Of a stretch of 64,000 nucleotides of DNA, positions 9,838 through 18,660 are shown one piece after another. Numbering within the stretch: position 1 is the first letter of the stretch; each line of letters opens with the position of its first letter. Position numbers and translations under genes: made by a program. Under the pieces are notes generated by a model. The model was given only the letters and a program-made list of their open reading frames with translations. It made no database searches and was not told the DNA's origin. The stretch comes from Bacillota bacterium. Lineage in GTDB: Bacteria; Bacillota; Clostridia; Christensenellales; Pumilibacteraceae. The stretch covers positions 177,968-241,967 of the forward strand of contig WRLT01000002.1 in NCBI GenBank assembly GCA_009777485.1. The letters run 5' to 3'.

Positions 9838-11222
9838 TGGCACAAAAGATAGTAATTACGGAAGAGTTTTTTAATTCATTAAAAAGTGGCAATAACGCAA
9901 CAATTTTGCGTGAGAAAGGTTTTTCTACACCACAATCATTTATCAATGAAATTATCGCCAAACTAAACAATGAGTTTAACTTTTTTGAAATAAATGGTTA
10001 TAGATTTCCGCTGACCGAAGAAGAAAAAGCCGATATAAGTATGTACAGTGCTTTTATTGACGGAGATATTTCGATATATGAAAAAGTTGTGGTTTTCTTT
10101 ACACCGATAGATGCAAAAGCAGGAAATGTAATTGTTGAACAAGGACTAATGCCAACGATATGCACAGAAATGGAAAAAGATATTGCATTCTTAATCAACC
10201 CACGCATTAAGAAAGTTGTTGTTTTGACTTCTAAAATTAACAATGAAAATATAATTTCTACTGATAGCAATTCGACACAACGAGATATAAATAGTTTGAA
10301 CTCATTAAACTTTGATGTTGTTTCTTTATTCAAAATTAAGAACTTATCAACAGATGTAAAGTTTAACTCACTCAATGAATATCTTGACTTATACTTGTTC
10401 TTACAAGCAAAAAACAAACATAATTCCCAATATAATTTATTGCCACTTGTGAAAAACACCTTATATGGTGATTATGAAGTTTCGCAATGGCAAGGACAAT
10501 TTCCTAAATCATTTTGTTTTAAGTTTTTGACTGCAATGCTTATAGGTGGAAATGACTACAAATACGACATATCACAAGCGGTTTCAAAGTTAAATGGCAA
10601 GAAAGATAGACAATTAACAAATCTTAAAAACTTTGTAGATTATGTAAATAACAATCAAATAAGGCAAACGGCATTTATCACACTGATAGATGACGATATT
10701 GTAGAGAGTGACGAAGAAATCAATAACGCAAATGATATACATAGAAAACCAGAGCAAGCATTTGATATAAACAACGGAAGAAAGAGATACAAAACTCAAA
10801 AGAAAGTTAGAGATATTGTTTTACAACAAGCAAATTATTTGTGTAATTGCCACGACTTAAAACACTTTTATTTTGAAGCGATGGACTTGAATAATTATGT
10901 TGAAGGACACCATATCGTTCCCATGAATAGACAAGAAGAATACTATTTTGGCAAAAATATAAACCTTGATATTCCACATAATATCGTTGCACTTTGCCCT
11001 AATTGTCATTCGCAAATACATCTTGGTAGCAGGCAGGCAAGATTAAAAATATTGAGTGAATTATTCGTGAGAAATAAATCGCAGTTAACCGCATTTGACA
11101 ATGATTTAAGTTTGGCTATTCTTGCGTCATTCTACAACATAGGGTTGGAGCAAGAAGAAGAAAATGATTGGCTCAAAAGGGCAACCGATATAGTTGCAAA
11201 AAAGCACAATAAACAAATATAG
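9838..11222 (+). CDS. HNH-family restriction endonuclease, the putative Type IIS R subunit, with an N-terminal recognition region and a C-terminal HNH nuclease
   Basis: The C-terminal motif is CNCHD…EGHHIVPMNRQ…NIVALCPNCHSQIH (a beta-beta-alpha-Me/HNH site with a Cys4 zinc site). Its start overlaps the methyltransferase stop (TAATG), with GGAGA upstream. The ORF-track start at 9822 is less likely. Confidence 0.65.
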
Positions 11223-11580
11223 ATTTTTTTGCTCTGGGGCAAGGTAGGGTTTCGGTTGGTAGGTCATATTTTTTTTCAAGTTTGGCAATTTGTTTCAACA
11301 TCATTTTACTATACTTGATATTTTCGTCTATTGCCCATTTCAAAAAATTTCGGTTCTCGGGAGATTGCGAAAAGGCAAAAACCATGGGTTCGTTTTGCAT
11401 AAATTCACGCACAATTTCACTCACACACAACTTAATATTTCTCTACTGTTTTCATTTTCAACTCAATTTAATTTATCCCTATTTTATTGAGTTTGGACAT
11501 GGACACGCAGTGGATAAAAAGTAAATCTAATTATTTTTTATTGACAATTAGAGTATTTAAACCTATAATAAAATTAACTT

Positions 11581-12114
11581 ATGAAGCAGATTGATAATAA
11601 AAAATCCAAAACTTTTTATGGAATGTATGCAAAATTAGCCGTAGTCCTTTGGGTTGTAGCTGCGATGCTTACGGCAGCAATTATTTTGGGGGTTTTTGTA
11701 GAGAATAATTATTTATTTTTGCTTATGCTGCTTGCGCCTCTTGTTTTTGTTACCATTGGAATTATTTTTTTTATTGATAGAATTTATATTGACGCCGAAA
11801 ATATCCGCATTGCGTTTTTAAAGAAAAAACAAACACACAAAATAATTGATTTAAAAGAAATTTATATTGATATAGATAGAGCCGGTTTGGCGTCAATATC
11901 TAAACTTGTGTTATGTTTTGAAAAAACACCGGATATAGCAAGAAAATCAATTTTTTCTTATATACAATATTGCAAAGAAAATCAAGTTTCATTTTGTGTA
12001 GTTGGGTACAATAAAAAATTATTACTATTGATTAAACATAGCTTTCAAGGCACATATATCCAACACGGTCAAAGCGTAGAGGGAAAAAGGTTGGAAAAGT
12101 TTTTAAAAAACTGA
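11581..12114 (+). CDS. Hypothetical membrane protein with two N-terminal TM helices
   Basis: ORF with hydrophobic segments (LAVVLWVVAAMLTAAIILGVFV, LLMLLAPLVFVTIGIIFFI). It is AT-rich and lies within the island. Confidence 0.4.
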   Translation: MKQIDNKKSKTFYGMYAKLAVVLWVVAAMLTAAIILGVFVENNYLFLLMLLAPLVFVTIGIIFFIDRIYIDAENIRIAFLKKKQTHKIIDLKEIYIDIDRAGLASISKLVLCFEKTPDIARKSIFSYIQYCKENQVSFCVVGYNKKLLLLIKHSFQGTYIQHGQSVEGKRLEKFLKN

Positions 12115-12163
12115 ATTAAAGCGGTAATGCGCTCCGCCAAAATATTCAAGTGATTATTCTGTT

Positions 12164-12814
12164 ATGAAAGAAAATGATAAAACTATACTGATTAAAAGGT
12201 CTACTTACAGAATGTTTCCCGACAAGGAAAGCGGGCTTATTTATTGCTCTGGCAGGGGCTTTTTTATAGTTGATACGGATAGCGGAAAAATGCTAAAAAC
12301 GTTTAAAACCATACCGTATGCCAATCAGCTTATTTGGGACGAAGAAAAAAAATACAGTACGGTAAAAAGCACCGTTGGTGAATTTGCAGTTTATCGCTAT
12401 GGTGATTTTACAGAACCTATATGGAGATTTAAGCTTAAAAAGGTGCAAAATACGGATGACGATTTTTTTGCGGCAAACAGCAAAATCTACGGACGCGCCC
12501 ATGCTTATGATGCCCGTCAAGAGAAATATCTTAATAAATATGTTATTATTGACATCGAAAAACAAGCAATCACGCAGTGTTCGGAAAGCGAAATTCCAAG
12601 CGAAATGCTTGTAAAAATTCAAAAAAATGCTAACAAAAAGCAAGCAAAATGGCTTGCGGGGAAAGCATCCTCCGCTACTAATTTATCAGGAGACGACATT
12701 CCCGAAAAATACGAAACAATCCCTTATGTGTCTTGCTACTTAGAAACGGAAAAGTATGAATACGTAGGTTCGTGGGAATGCTTGCGCATCATCCCTAAAA
12801 ATCAATATTTTTAA
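12164..12814 (+). CDS. Hypothetical protein
   Basis: 216-aa ORF between the two R-M systems. I recognise no motif. Confidence 0.35.
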   Translation: MKENDKTILIKRSTYRMFPDKESGLIYCSGRGFFIVDTDSGKMLKTFKTIPYANQLIWDEEKKYSTVKSTVGEFAVYRYGDFTEPIWRFKLKKVQNTDDDFFAANSKIYGRAHAYDARQEKYLNKYVIIDIEKQAITQCSESEIPSEMLVKIQKNANKKQAKWLAGKASSATNLSGDDIPEKYETIPYVSCYLETEKYEYVGSWECLRIIPKNQYF

Positions 12815-12887
12815 GAACCCCTATGGAAACATTTGATTTTTCTCTCTAAAAATGCTATAATTAAAAGCAGTATAAGGAGTGGTGCTA

Positions 12888-13865
12888 ATGAAAATTGTTT
12901 CTTTATTTGCAGGTGCAGGCGGTTTAGATTGCGGATTTGAAAAGGCTGGGTTTTCTACCATTTGGGCAAATGAATATGATAAGACGATTTGGGCGACTTA
13001 TGAGCTAAATTTTCCAAACGCTACGTTAGATAGGCGCAGTATCACGGACATTGACCCGAGCGATATTCCCGATTGTGATGGTATTATAGGCGGTCCGCCT
13101 TGCCAAAGTTGGAGCGAGGCAGGTGCAGGTCGCGGTATTAACGACAATAGAGGTAAACTCTTTTATGATTACATACGAATACTAAAAGAAAAACAACCTA
13201 AATTTTTTGTATGCGAAAATGTTGGCGGTATATTGCACCCAAAACACGCCGACAGTTTCAACGATTTTCTAAAACAATTTGAAAATTCAGGATATATTCT
13301 TTCTTGGAAATTGGTTGATGCGAATGATTATGATGTACCGCAAACACGCTTACGCGTTTTTATTATCGGTTATAGAAAAGACCTTAAAAAGCAATTTGTT
13401 TTTCCTGCACAAAAAGAATATAAGCCCGTTTTAAAAGATGCCATTTATGATTTAAGGCAAGCACAGCCTGCAAAAAAACAAAATAAGTCTTGGGGACTTG
13501 AACTACCTATGCCAAATCACGAATATATGCACGGTGGTTTCTCGACGATTTTTATGTCAAGAAATCGTGTCCGCTCTTGGGACGAACCCTCTTTTACTAT
13601 TCAAGCAGGCGGCAGACACGCACCAATCCACCCGCAAGCTCCTAAAATGGTTTTTGTGGAACAGAATGTCCGCATATTCGTAAAAGGCAAAGAGGATTTG
13701 TATCGTCGTTTATCTGTTAGAGAGTGTGCAAGAATACAGACATTCCCTGATAATTTTATTTTTATCTATAATGATATTGCCAACGGTTACAAAATGATTG
13801 GCAATGCTGTTCCCGTAAACTTAGCAAAAGCAATCGCAACTCAAATTATGGGGGACTTAAAATAA
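12888..13865 (+). CDS. DNA (cytosine-5)-methyltransferase, M.HaeIII-like
   Basis: Motif I is LFAGAGGLDCGF. The PCQ catalytic motif is GGPPCQSWSEAG. ENV is present. The C-terminus is GNAVPVNLA. The overall sequence closely resembles my recollection of M.HaeIII (…PNHEY…STIFMSRNRVR.W.EP.FT.QA.GR…HPQAP…LYRRL.VRECAR.Q.FPD.FIF.Y…GYKMIGNAVPVNLA). The ATG at 12888 has AGGAGT 7 nt upstream. The listed GTG at 12879 is less likely. Confidence 0.85.
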   Translation: MKIVSLFAGAGGLDCGFEKAGFSTIWANEYDKTIWATYELNFPNATLDRRSITDIDPSDIPDCDGIIGGPPCQSWSEAGAGRGINDNRGKLFYDYIRILKEKQPKFFVCENVGGILHPKHADSFNDFLKQFENSGYILSWKLVDANDYDVPQTRLRVFIIGYRKDLKKQFVFPAQKEYKPVLKDAIYDLRQAQPAKKQNKSWGLELPMPNHEYMHGGFSTIFMSRNRVRSWDEPSFTIQAGGRHAPIHPQAPKMVFVEQNVRIFVKGKEDLYRRLSVRECARIQTFPDNFIFIYNDIANGYKMIGNAVPVNLAKAIATQIMGDLK

Positions 13866-14821
13866 TGCCGTCAGCCAACAACTCAACGAAAAAGGGTAAA
13901 GCCTATGAATATGCTTGCGTGTTAGCGGTACAAGAAATTGTTTCGCCTATCCGTGCCATAGAGATTGTAGACAATTCAAGTTTACGCATTGCAAGACAAC
14001 GCTGGGGCGAAATTATTCAATCGGAGCAATCTGAAATGCTACGCTCTGCCGCCGCAGGAATTAAAACCATTATCAAAATGGAGCCGAAAATTATCGAGGA
14101 CGGCAACGACAAATTGACCGTTTTTTTGCAACCAGACAATGTGGCAAAACTTGGTGATGTGCGTGATATGCTGATTATTCGGCGTTCTATTCAATGGGAA
14201 ATAGGCGTTTCGGTCAAGCACAACCATTCTGCCTTAAAGCATTCTAGGCTTTCAACAAAATTAGACTTTGGCAACGTTTGGCTTGGTGTAAAATGCGCAC
14301 AAGGTTATTTTGACGAAATAAAGCCCATTTTTGATACCCTAACCGCAGAAAAAGCAAAAGGTACAAAATGGAGCGAATTAACCGCCAAAGACGATACCGT
14401 GTATGTGCCTATTCTTAATGCGTTTAAAAAGGAATTATTAAGATTAAATACGGCAGAAAATCAGGTTACGCAGGGTTTGGTTAAATATCTTATCGGCAGT
14501 AGCGGCAAGGATTATTATAAACTTATACATCGCAAAAACTTTACAACCGTTATGCCGTTTAACCTTTACGGTAGTTTGAACACATCGGCAACAAATACAG
14601 ACCCCGAAATTGATATTCCCGCGATAGAATTACCTACAAGAATGATTGACTTTTCATTTAAAGACCATTCAAAAAACACCCTTATTTTAACCATGAACAA
14701 CGGCTGGTCGATTTCGTTTAGAATACACAATGCAAGCACAATCGTAGAGCCGAGTTTGAAGTTTGATATTCAATTACAAAGCAAGCCAGAAAATATGTTT
14801 TACATGGATGTAAAATGGTAG
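13865..14821 (+). CDS. Putative Type II restriction endonuclease partnered with the C5-methyltransferase
   Basis: Its start overlaps the methyltransferase stop (TAATAATG). At 318 aa it has no matches I can recall, as is typical for restriction enzymes. The assignment rests on position and operon arrangement. Confidence 0.5.
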   Translation: MPSANNSTKKGKAYEYACVLAVQEIVSPIRAIEIVDNSSLRIARQRWGEIIQSEQSEMLRSAAAGIKTIIKMEPKIIEDGNDKLTVFLQPDNVAKLGDVRDMLIIRRSIQWEIGVSVKHNHSALKHSRLSTKLDFGNVWLGVKCAQGYFDEIKPIFDTLTAEKAKGTKWSELTAKDDTVYVPILNAFKKELLRLNTAENQVTQGLVKYLIGSSGKDYYKLIHRKNFTTVMPFNLYGSLNTSATNTDPEIDIPAIELPTRMIDFSFKDHSKNTLILTMNNGWSISFRIHNASTIVEPSLKFDIQLQSKPENMFYMDVKW

Positions 14822-14961
14822 TAATTTATTTAAAGCAAATAATTAACTGTAACAGAAAGTTATTTAGCAAAGTAGAATTGTTCAATAAAAACGTACAAAA
14901 ATTTTAAGCAAATTTTATAAAAAGTATTGCAATAAATTTTAAATTGCAGTATACTAAGGGT

Positions 14962-15354
14962 ATGAAGAAGTTTTTTAGTATGATAGCCGTGTTGGCGGCA
15001 GCTTTAAGTATCGGTGTGGTTTTTGCGGGGTGCGGCGCAACGCGCACCATAGACTATACCGTTAGCCACGAAGACAACTTAACGGTTAGGCTTTTTGTCG
15101 GAGAGGAATTGGCTGAAAAGGGCAGTTTTAAAAAGGGCACCGAAATTACTATCGAGATTGTTCTTAACGGAACGCATAACGGAGAGGTTGTAAGCGTTGC
15201 CAACGGGTACGGGGTTACTTTTGCCGTAGAGGGCGGTGGAGGCATGAACGGAGATTTAGCCGCCGCAGGGCAGTCTTTAATCGGCAGTATTACGCTTACG
15301 CATAATACGGTAGTTCAGTTTAGATTAACGAAGAATGACAGCGTAGTTGAGTAA
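14962..15354 (+). CDS. Small lipoprotein
   Basis: Signal peptide with lipobox (MKKFFSMIAVLAAALSIGVVFAGCGA). Promoter TTGCAA-17-TATACT at about 14920-14950. GC content returns to the chromosomal level. Confidence 0.6.
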   Translation: MKKFFSMIAVLAAALSIGVVFAGCGATRTIDYTVSHEDNLTVRLFVGEELAEKGSFKKGTEITIEIVLNGTHNGEVVSVANGYGVTFAVEGGGGMNGDLAAAGQSLIGSITLTHNTVVQFRLTKNDSVVE

Positions 15355-15374
15355 ATTTAAAAAAGGTATAGATC

Positions 15375-15983
15375 ATGGATAATGGCGTTATGTGGAATGT
15401 AGAACGGGGAAAAGCTGTTTTGCTGGTAGTGGACATGCAAAACGATTTTGTTTTGGAGGGCGCGGTTATGGAAGTGCCCGATGCCAAAAAGCAGCTGCCT
15501 AAAATAAAGGGGCTGATAGACGAATGCCGCAGGCTAGATATCCCCGTTATCTATACCGTACATATCACCGACGGTGTGTTTAATCCGTTAGAAATTGCCG
15601 CTTTTCCGCATTTAAAAAGCGCGGGTATGCGCGCGGGCACGAAGGGTGCGGAGGTTGTAGACGCGCTTAGACCGCACGCGGACGATATTATTATACGCAA
15701 ACGCCGTTTCAGCGCGTTTTATCAAACCGATTTAGAGCTTATTTTGCGCAGTCTGCGCGGCCGCGCCGTTGATACCGTGATAATTTGCGGAACGGTTAGC
15801 AACATCTGCTGCGAGTCAACGGCGCGCGATGCGTTTTTTAGAGATTTTAAGGTGGTGTTCGGCGCGGACATTTGTTCGGCCTTAAACCCGTCCGCGCATA
15901 ACGCAACGCTTGCAAACATGGAACTTTTCGGACGGGTAATGAAAGCGGATTCAATTATTAAAGCCTTGCAAAGGAACTGCTGA
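15375..15983 (+). CDS. Isochorismatase-family (cysteine) hydrolase
   Basis: LLVVDMQNDF N-terminal motif and a catalytic Cys region (ICGTVSNICCESTARDA). Confidence 0.7.
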   Translation: MDNGVMWNVERGKAVLLVVDMQNDFVLEGAVMEVPDAKKQLPKIKGLIDECRRLDIPVIYTVHITDGVFNPLEIAAFPHLKSAGMRAGTKGAEVVDALRPHADDIIIRKRRFSAFYQTDLELILRSLRGRAVDTVIICGTVSNICCESTARDAFFRDFKVVFGADICSALNPSAHNATLANMELFGRVMKADSIIKALQRNC

Positions 15984-16093
15984 AAGAGGTATAGCGCGAT
16001 TTTGCAGAATAGAAAAAAGAAAATGACCGTACTATTTTTGTAAGACGCAGTTATATGATTGTGTTTTTGTTTGAGATTTGATATTATAAAAGT

Positions 16094-17296
16094 ATGCAAA
16101 TTAAATTTTCTCCGCCCGATATTACAAATTTAGAAGCAGAAGCGGCTTGCGCCGCTTTAAAAAGCGGCTGGATTACCACAGGGCCTAAAACTAAATTATT
16201 TGAACAGCAAATTGCGCGTTATTGCGGGGTAAGTCGGGCTGCGGCGTTAAATTCGGCAACGGCTTGCTTAGAGCTTACGCTGCGTGTATTGGGTATTGGC
16301 CCGGGCGACGAGGTTATCACCAGCGCGTATACCTATACCGCGTCTGCTAGTGTGATACACCATGTAGGGGCAAAAATCGTATTGGTTGACACAGCCCCTG
16401 ACAGTTATTTTATTAGCCCCGATGCGTTAGAGAAAGCGATTACCAAAAAAACGAAAGCTGTTATACCCGTAGACATTGGCGGAGTTTTAGCCGATTATGC
16501 AGCTATAAATAAAATTGTAGAAGCTAAGCGCAGTATATTTACTGCGGCTAACCGTTATCAAGAAGCATTGGGGCGCATAGCCGTGATAGCGGATGCCGCA
16601 CATTCGTTTGGTTCGGAGTTTCAATCGATACGTGCGGGGGCGTTGGCGGATTTTACTTGTTTTAGTTTTCATGCGGTTAAAAATCTTACAACCGCAGAGG
16701 GCGGCGCAGTTGTATGGAAAGCTTTGCCGAATATCTCTTGCGATGAAATTTACCGCGAATTTATGCTATACAGCCTACATGGACAAGATAAAGACGCTTT
16801 GGCTAAATCACGGGCGGGTGCGTGGGAATACGATATTGTCAGGCTAGGATATAAATGCAACATGACAGACATTCTAGCCTCCGTAGGGCTTGTTCAATTA
16901 GAACGCTATCCAAATCTGTTAAATCAGCGCAAAAAAATTATTGTACAATACGGTAACGCGTTTAAAAATAAGAGAGTTTCCGTTTTAGAGCATTATTCAC
17001 CGCACCGTCAATCTAGCGGACACTTATACCTTACCCGAGTTAACGGAATTTTTCAAGAACAGCGCAATGCAATAATCGAGCAAATGGCGGAAGCGGGTGT
17101 TGCGTGCAACGTGCATTATAAACCGCTGCCGATGCACACGGCATATAAAAAACTGGGATTTAATATTGTGCAGTTTCCCAACAGCTATGCTCAGTATCAA
17201 AATGAAATTACGTTGCCGCTTTATTCGACTTTATCCGAAAAAGAAGTTGACTATATAGCAGAATCCTATATCAAAATAATTAATAGTATATCTTAA
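16094..17296 (+). CDS. DegT/DnrJ/EryC1/StrS-family PLP-dependent sugar aminotransferase
   Basis: Family-typical N-terminus (…KSGWITTGPK…) and the lysine motif FSFHAVKNLTTAEGG. Confidence 0.75.
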   Translation: MQIKFSPPDITNLEAEAACAALKSGWITTGPKTKLFEQQIARYCGVSRAAALNSATACLELTLRVLGIGPGDEVITSAYTYTASASVIHHVGAKIVLVDTAPDSYFISPDALEKAITKKTKAVIPVDIGGVLADYAAINKIVEAKRSIFTAANRYQEALGRIAVIADAAHSFGSEFQSIRAGALADFTCFSFHAVKNLTTAEGGAVVWKALPNISCDEIYREFMLYSLHGQDKDALAKSRAGAWEYDIVRLGYKCNMTDILASVGLVQLERYPNLLNQRKKIIVQYGNAFKNKRVSVLEHYSPHRQSSGHLYLTRVNGIFQEQRNAIIEQMAEAGVACNVHYKPLPMHTAYKKLGFNIVQFPNSYAQYQNEITLPLYSTLSEKEVDYIAESYIKIINSIS

Positions 17297-17760
17297 TCCT
17301 CAAACTCCCATGCTAATTGTTCGCAAACTTCGTTTTGCTGCGCGGCTTGCAGTGTGATTATGTAGTAGCGGCAATGCTGTTCTATCAGCGATATAAAATG
17401 CAGGTTAGTCAAAACGCTGTCGGAACTGCTTATAATATTTATGCAGAGAATTTTGTTCAGTTTTATAAGCGTACCTAAGTCGTGTGCGGTTTTTAGTGCG
17501 CTGCGCATGTTGCTTTCGGGTGTTTTGGGCGTACAGCCGTGCCATTCCGAAAGTATTTGATACAGCGTGTTAGCCGAAGCGTTCGGACGGCACGCAACCC
17601 GAAATAAAATCGCGTCCTTAAATAGGCAGTATCCCTTGCGTGAAGGGAATATGCCTACATAAATTAAAATCCTGCTTACCCATACGTCTAAATGCGGCAG
17701 GATTTTTTGCATGGCATAAGACGCATAACGAAATAGATTTTGATTCATTTTCTCCTCCAA
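17293..17760 (-). CDS. Hypothetical protein
   Basis: 155-aa ORF. Its 3' end overlaps the aminotransferase gene by 4 nt, and it is followed by a bidirectional terminator. Confidence 0.4.
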   Translation of the reverse strand: MEEKMNQNLFRYASYAMQKILPHLDVWVSRILIYVGIFPSRKGYCLFKDAILFRVACRPNASANTLYQILSEWHGCTPKTPESNMRSALKTAHDLGTLIKLNKILCINIISSSDSVLTNLHFISLIEQHCRYYIITLQAAQQNEVCEQLAWEFED

Positions 17761-17780
17761 AAAAATAAAATTATTTAAGG

Positions 17781-17824
17781 AAACACCGAATAAATATTTG
17801 TCGAAATTTATTCGGTGTTTCCTT
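17781..17824. terminator. Bidirectional intrinsic terminator hairpin
   Basis: GGAAACACCGAATAAAT…ATTTATTCGGTGTTTCC is a perfect 17-bp stem, with T-rich tracts on both strands. Confidence 0.6.
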
Positions 17825-18026
17825 CACCCTTTTTTTACGCCGAAATATCGGCGGTTTTAAAGAGTTGGATTTCTAGCATAAACGCATAAATAAAATTTGT
17901 CAAGGGGGTAAAATAAGGTGCAAACATAATAAAACAAGGAAAATAGACATCAGCCGTAGTTAGGTAAAATAAATCGTTCCAAAAAAGCGCGGAATTTTTT
18001 AACAATTTTTTCCAAAGCAAAAATTC

Positions 18027-18221
18027 TTAATGTTTTATGCGTTTAATTATGCCCATTGACATCTCAATTATAAATTGTTCGGGCGTTGGCTTAGCATCAA
18101 ACATATTGCAGATTTCTCCGTTTTTAAGCCAAGCATGGTCTATTGCCTTTTGCATTTCTTGTCTTACGGCATCAGACGTGGTGTTGTTCTTTTTTGCAAT
18201 TTCGTTAATTAGTTCTTCCAT
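18027..18221 (-). CDS. Small helical protein of 64 aa, divergently paired with an XRE regulator
   Basis: ORF with an upstream SD on the minus strand. It shares a palindromic operator region with the divergent HTH gene. Confidence 0.4.
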   Translation of the reverse strand: MEELINEIAKKNNTTSDAVRQEMQKAIDHAWLKNGEICNMFDAKPTPEQFIIEMSMGIIKRIKH

Positions 18222-18262
18222 TAGTTCTTCCTTTTATTTTTTTAATTACATATATTATCATA

Positions 18263-18291
18263 GTCGATATCGACTTGTCAAGTCGATATCG
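18263..18291. promoter_or_regulatory. Perfect 29-bp palindromic operator (GTCGATATCGAC-TTGTCAA-GTCGATATCGAC)
   Basis: Two self-complementary TCGATATCGA half-sites are arranged as a larger palindrome between the divergent small ORF and the XRE gene. Confidence 0.55.
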
Positions 18292-18316
18292 CATAAATTT
18301 TGGTAAAATAAAATAT

Positions 18317-18541
18317 ATGTTTGGTAATCGTTTAAAGGAATTAAGAGTAGAGAAAAATCTAAGTCAAGCACAGCTTGCGGCGGCGATAGGATTTTCTCAA
18401 TCTAATTTAGCTAAATGGGAAAGGGCAGTGCATGACCCTCCGACGGACGCTTTGATTGCGTTAGCTAAGTTTTTTGATGTATCCGTAGATTATTTGTTGG
18501 GCTTAGAAGATGAGTTCGGCAACATACTGCGGGAAAAATAA
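18317..18541 (+). CDS. XRE-family helix-turn-helix transcriptional regulator
   Basis: HTH region LSQAQLAAAIGFSQSNLAKWERAV. It is a paralog of the 51291..51500 product. The ATG at 18317 is preferred over the listed 18275. Confidence 0.7.
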   Translation: MFGNRLKELRVEKNLSQAQLAAAIGFSQSNLAKWERAVHDPPTDALIALAKFFDVSVDYLLGLEDEFGNILREK

Positions 18542-18660
18542 TTCTTGTATTCTTGTAAATTTTTAGGGCAATATGCTTTTGTTATTGTAAATAGTATGGT
18601 ATAATAGAGAAAACCGCACGGGCTTTTTGCGTAGCGGATAAGCAGTTGTAGGAGAATGTA

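Noticed and set aside
9998-10459. 153-aa minus-strand ORF inside the HNH endonuclease gene
   Set aside because: The region is AT-rich. The ORF is antisense to a gene that is translationally coupled to its methyltransferase, and it has no motif.
6420-14940. Integrase or recombinase, or an att direct repeat, bounding the tRNA-adjacent island
   Set aside because: No tyrosine or serine recombinase motifs appear in any frame in the island. I could not find a copy of the tRNA 3' end at the distal boundary. The island is therefore described as decayed or non-canonical, not as an intact integrative element.
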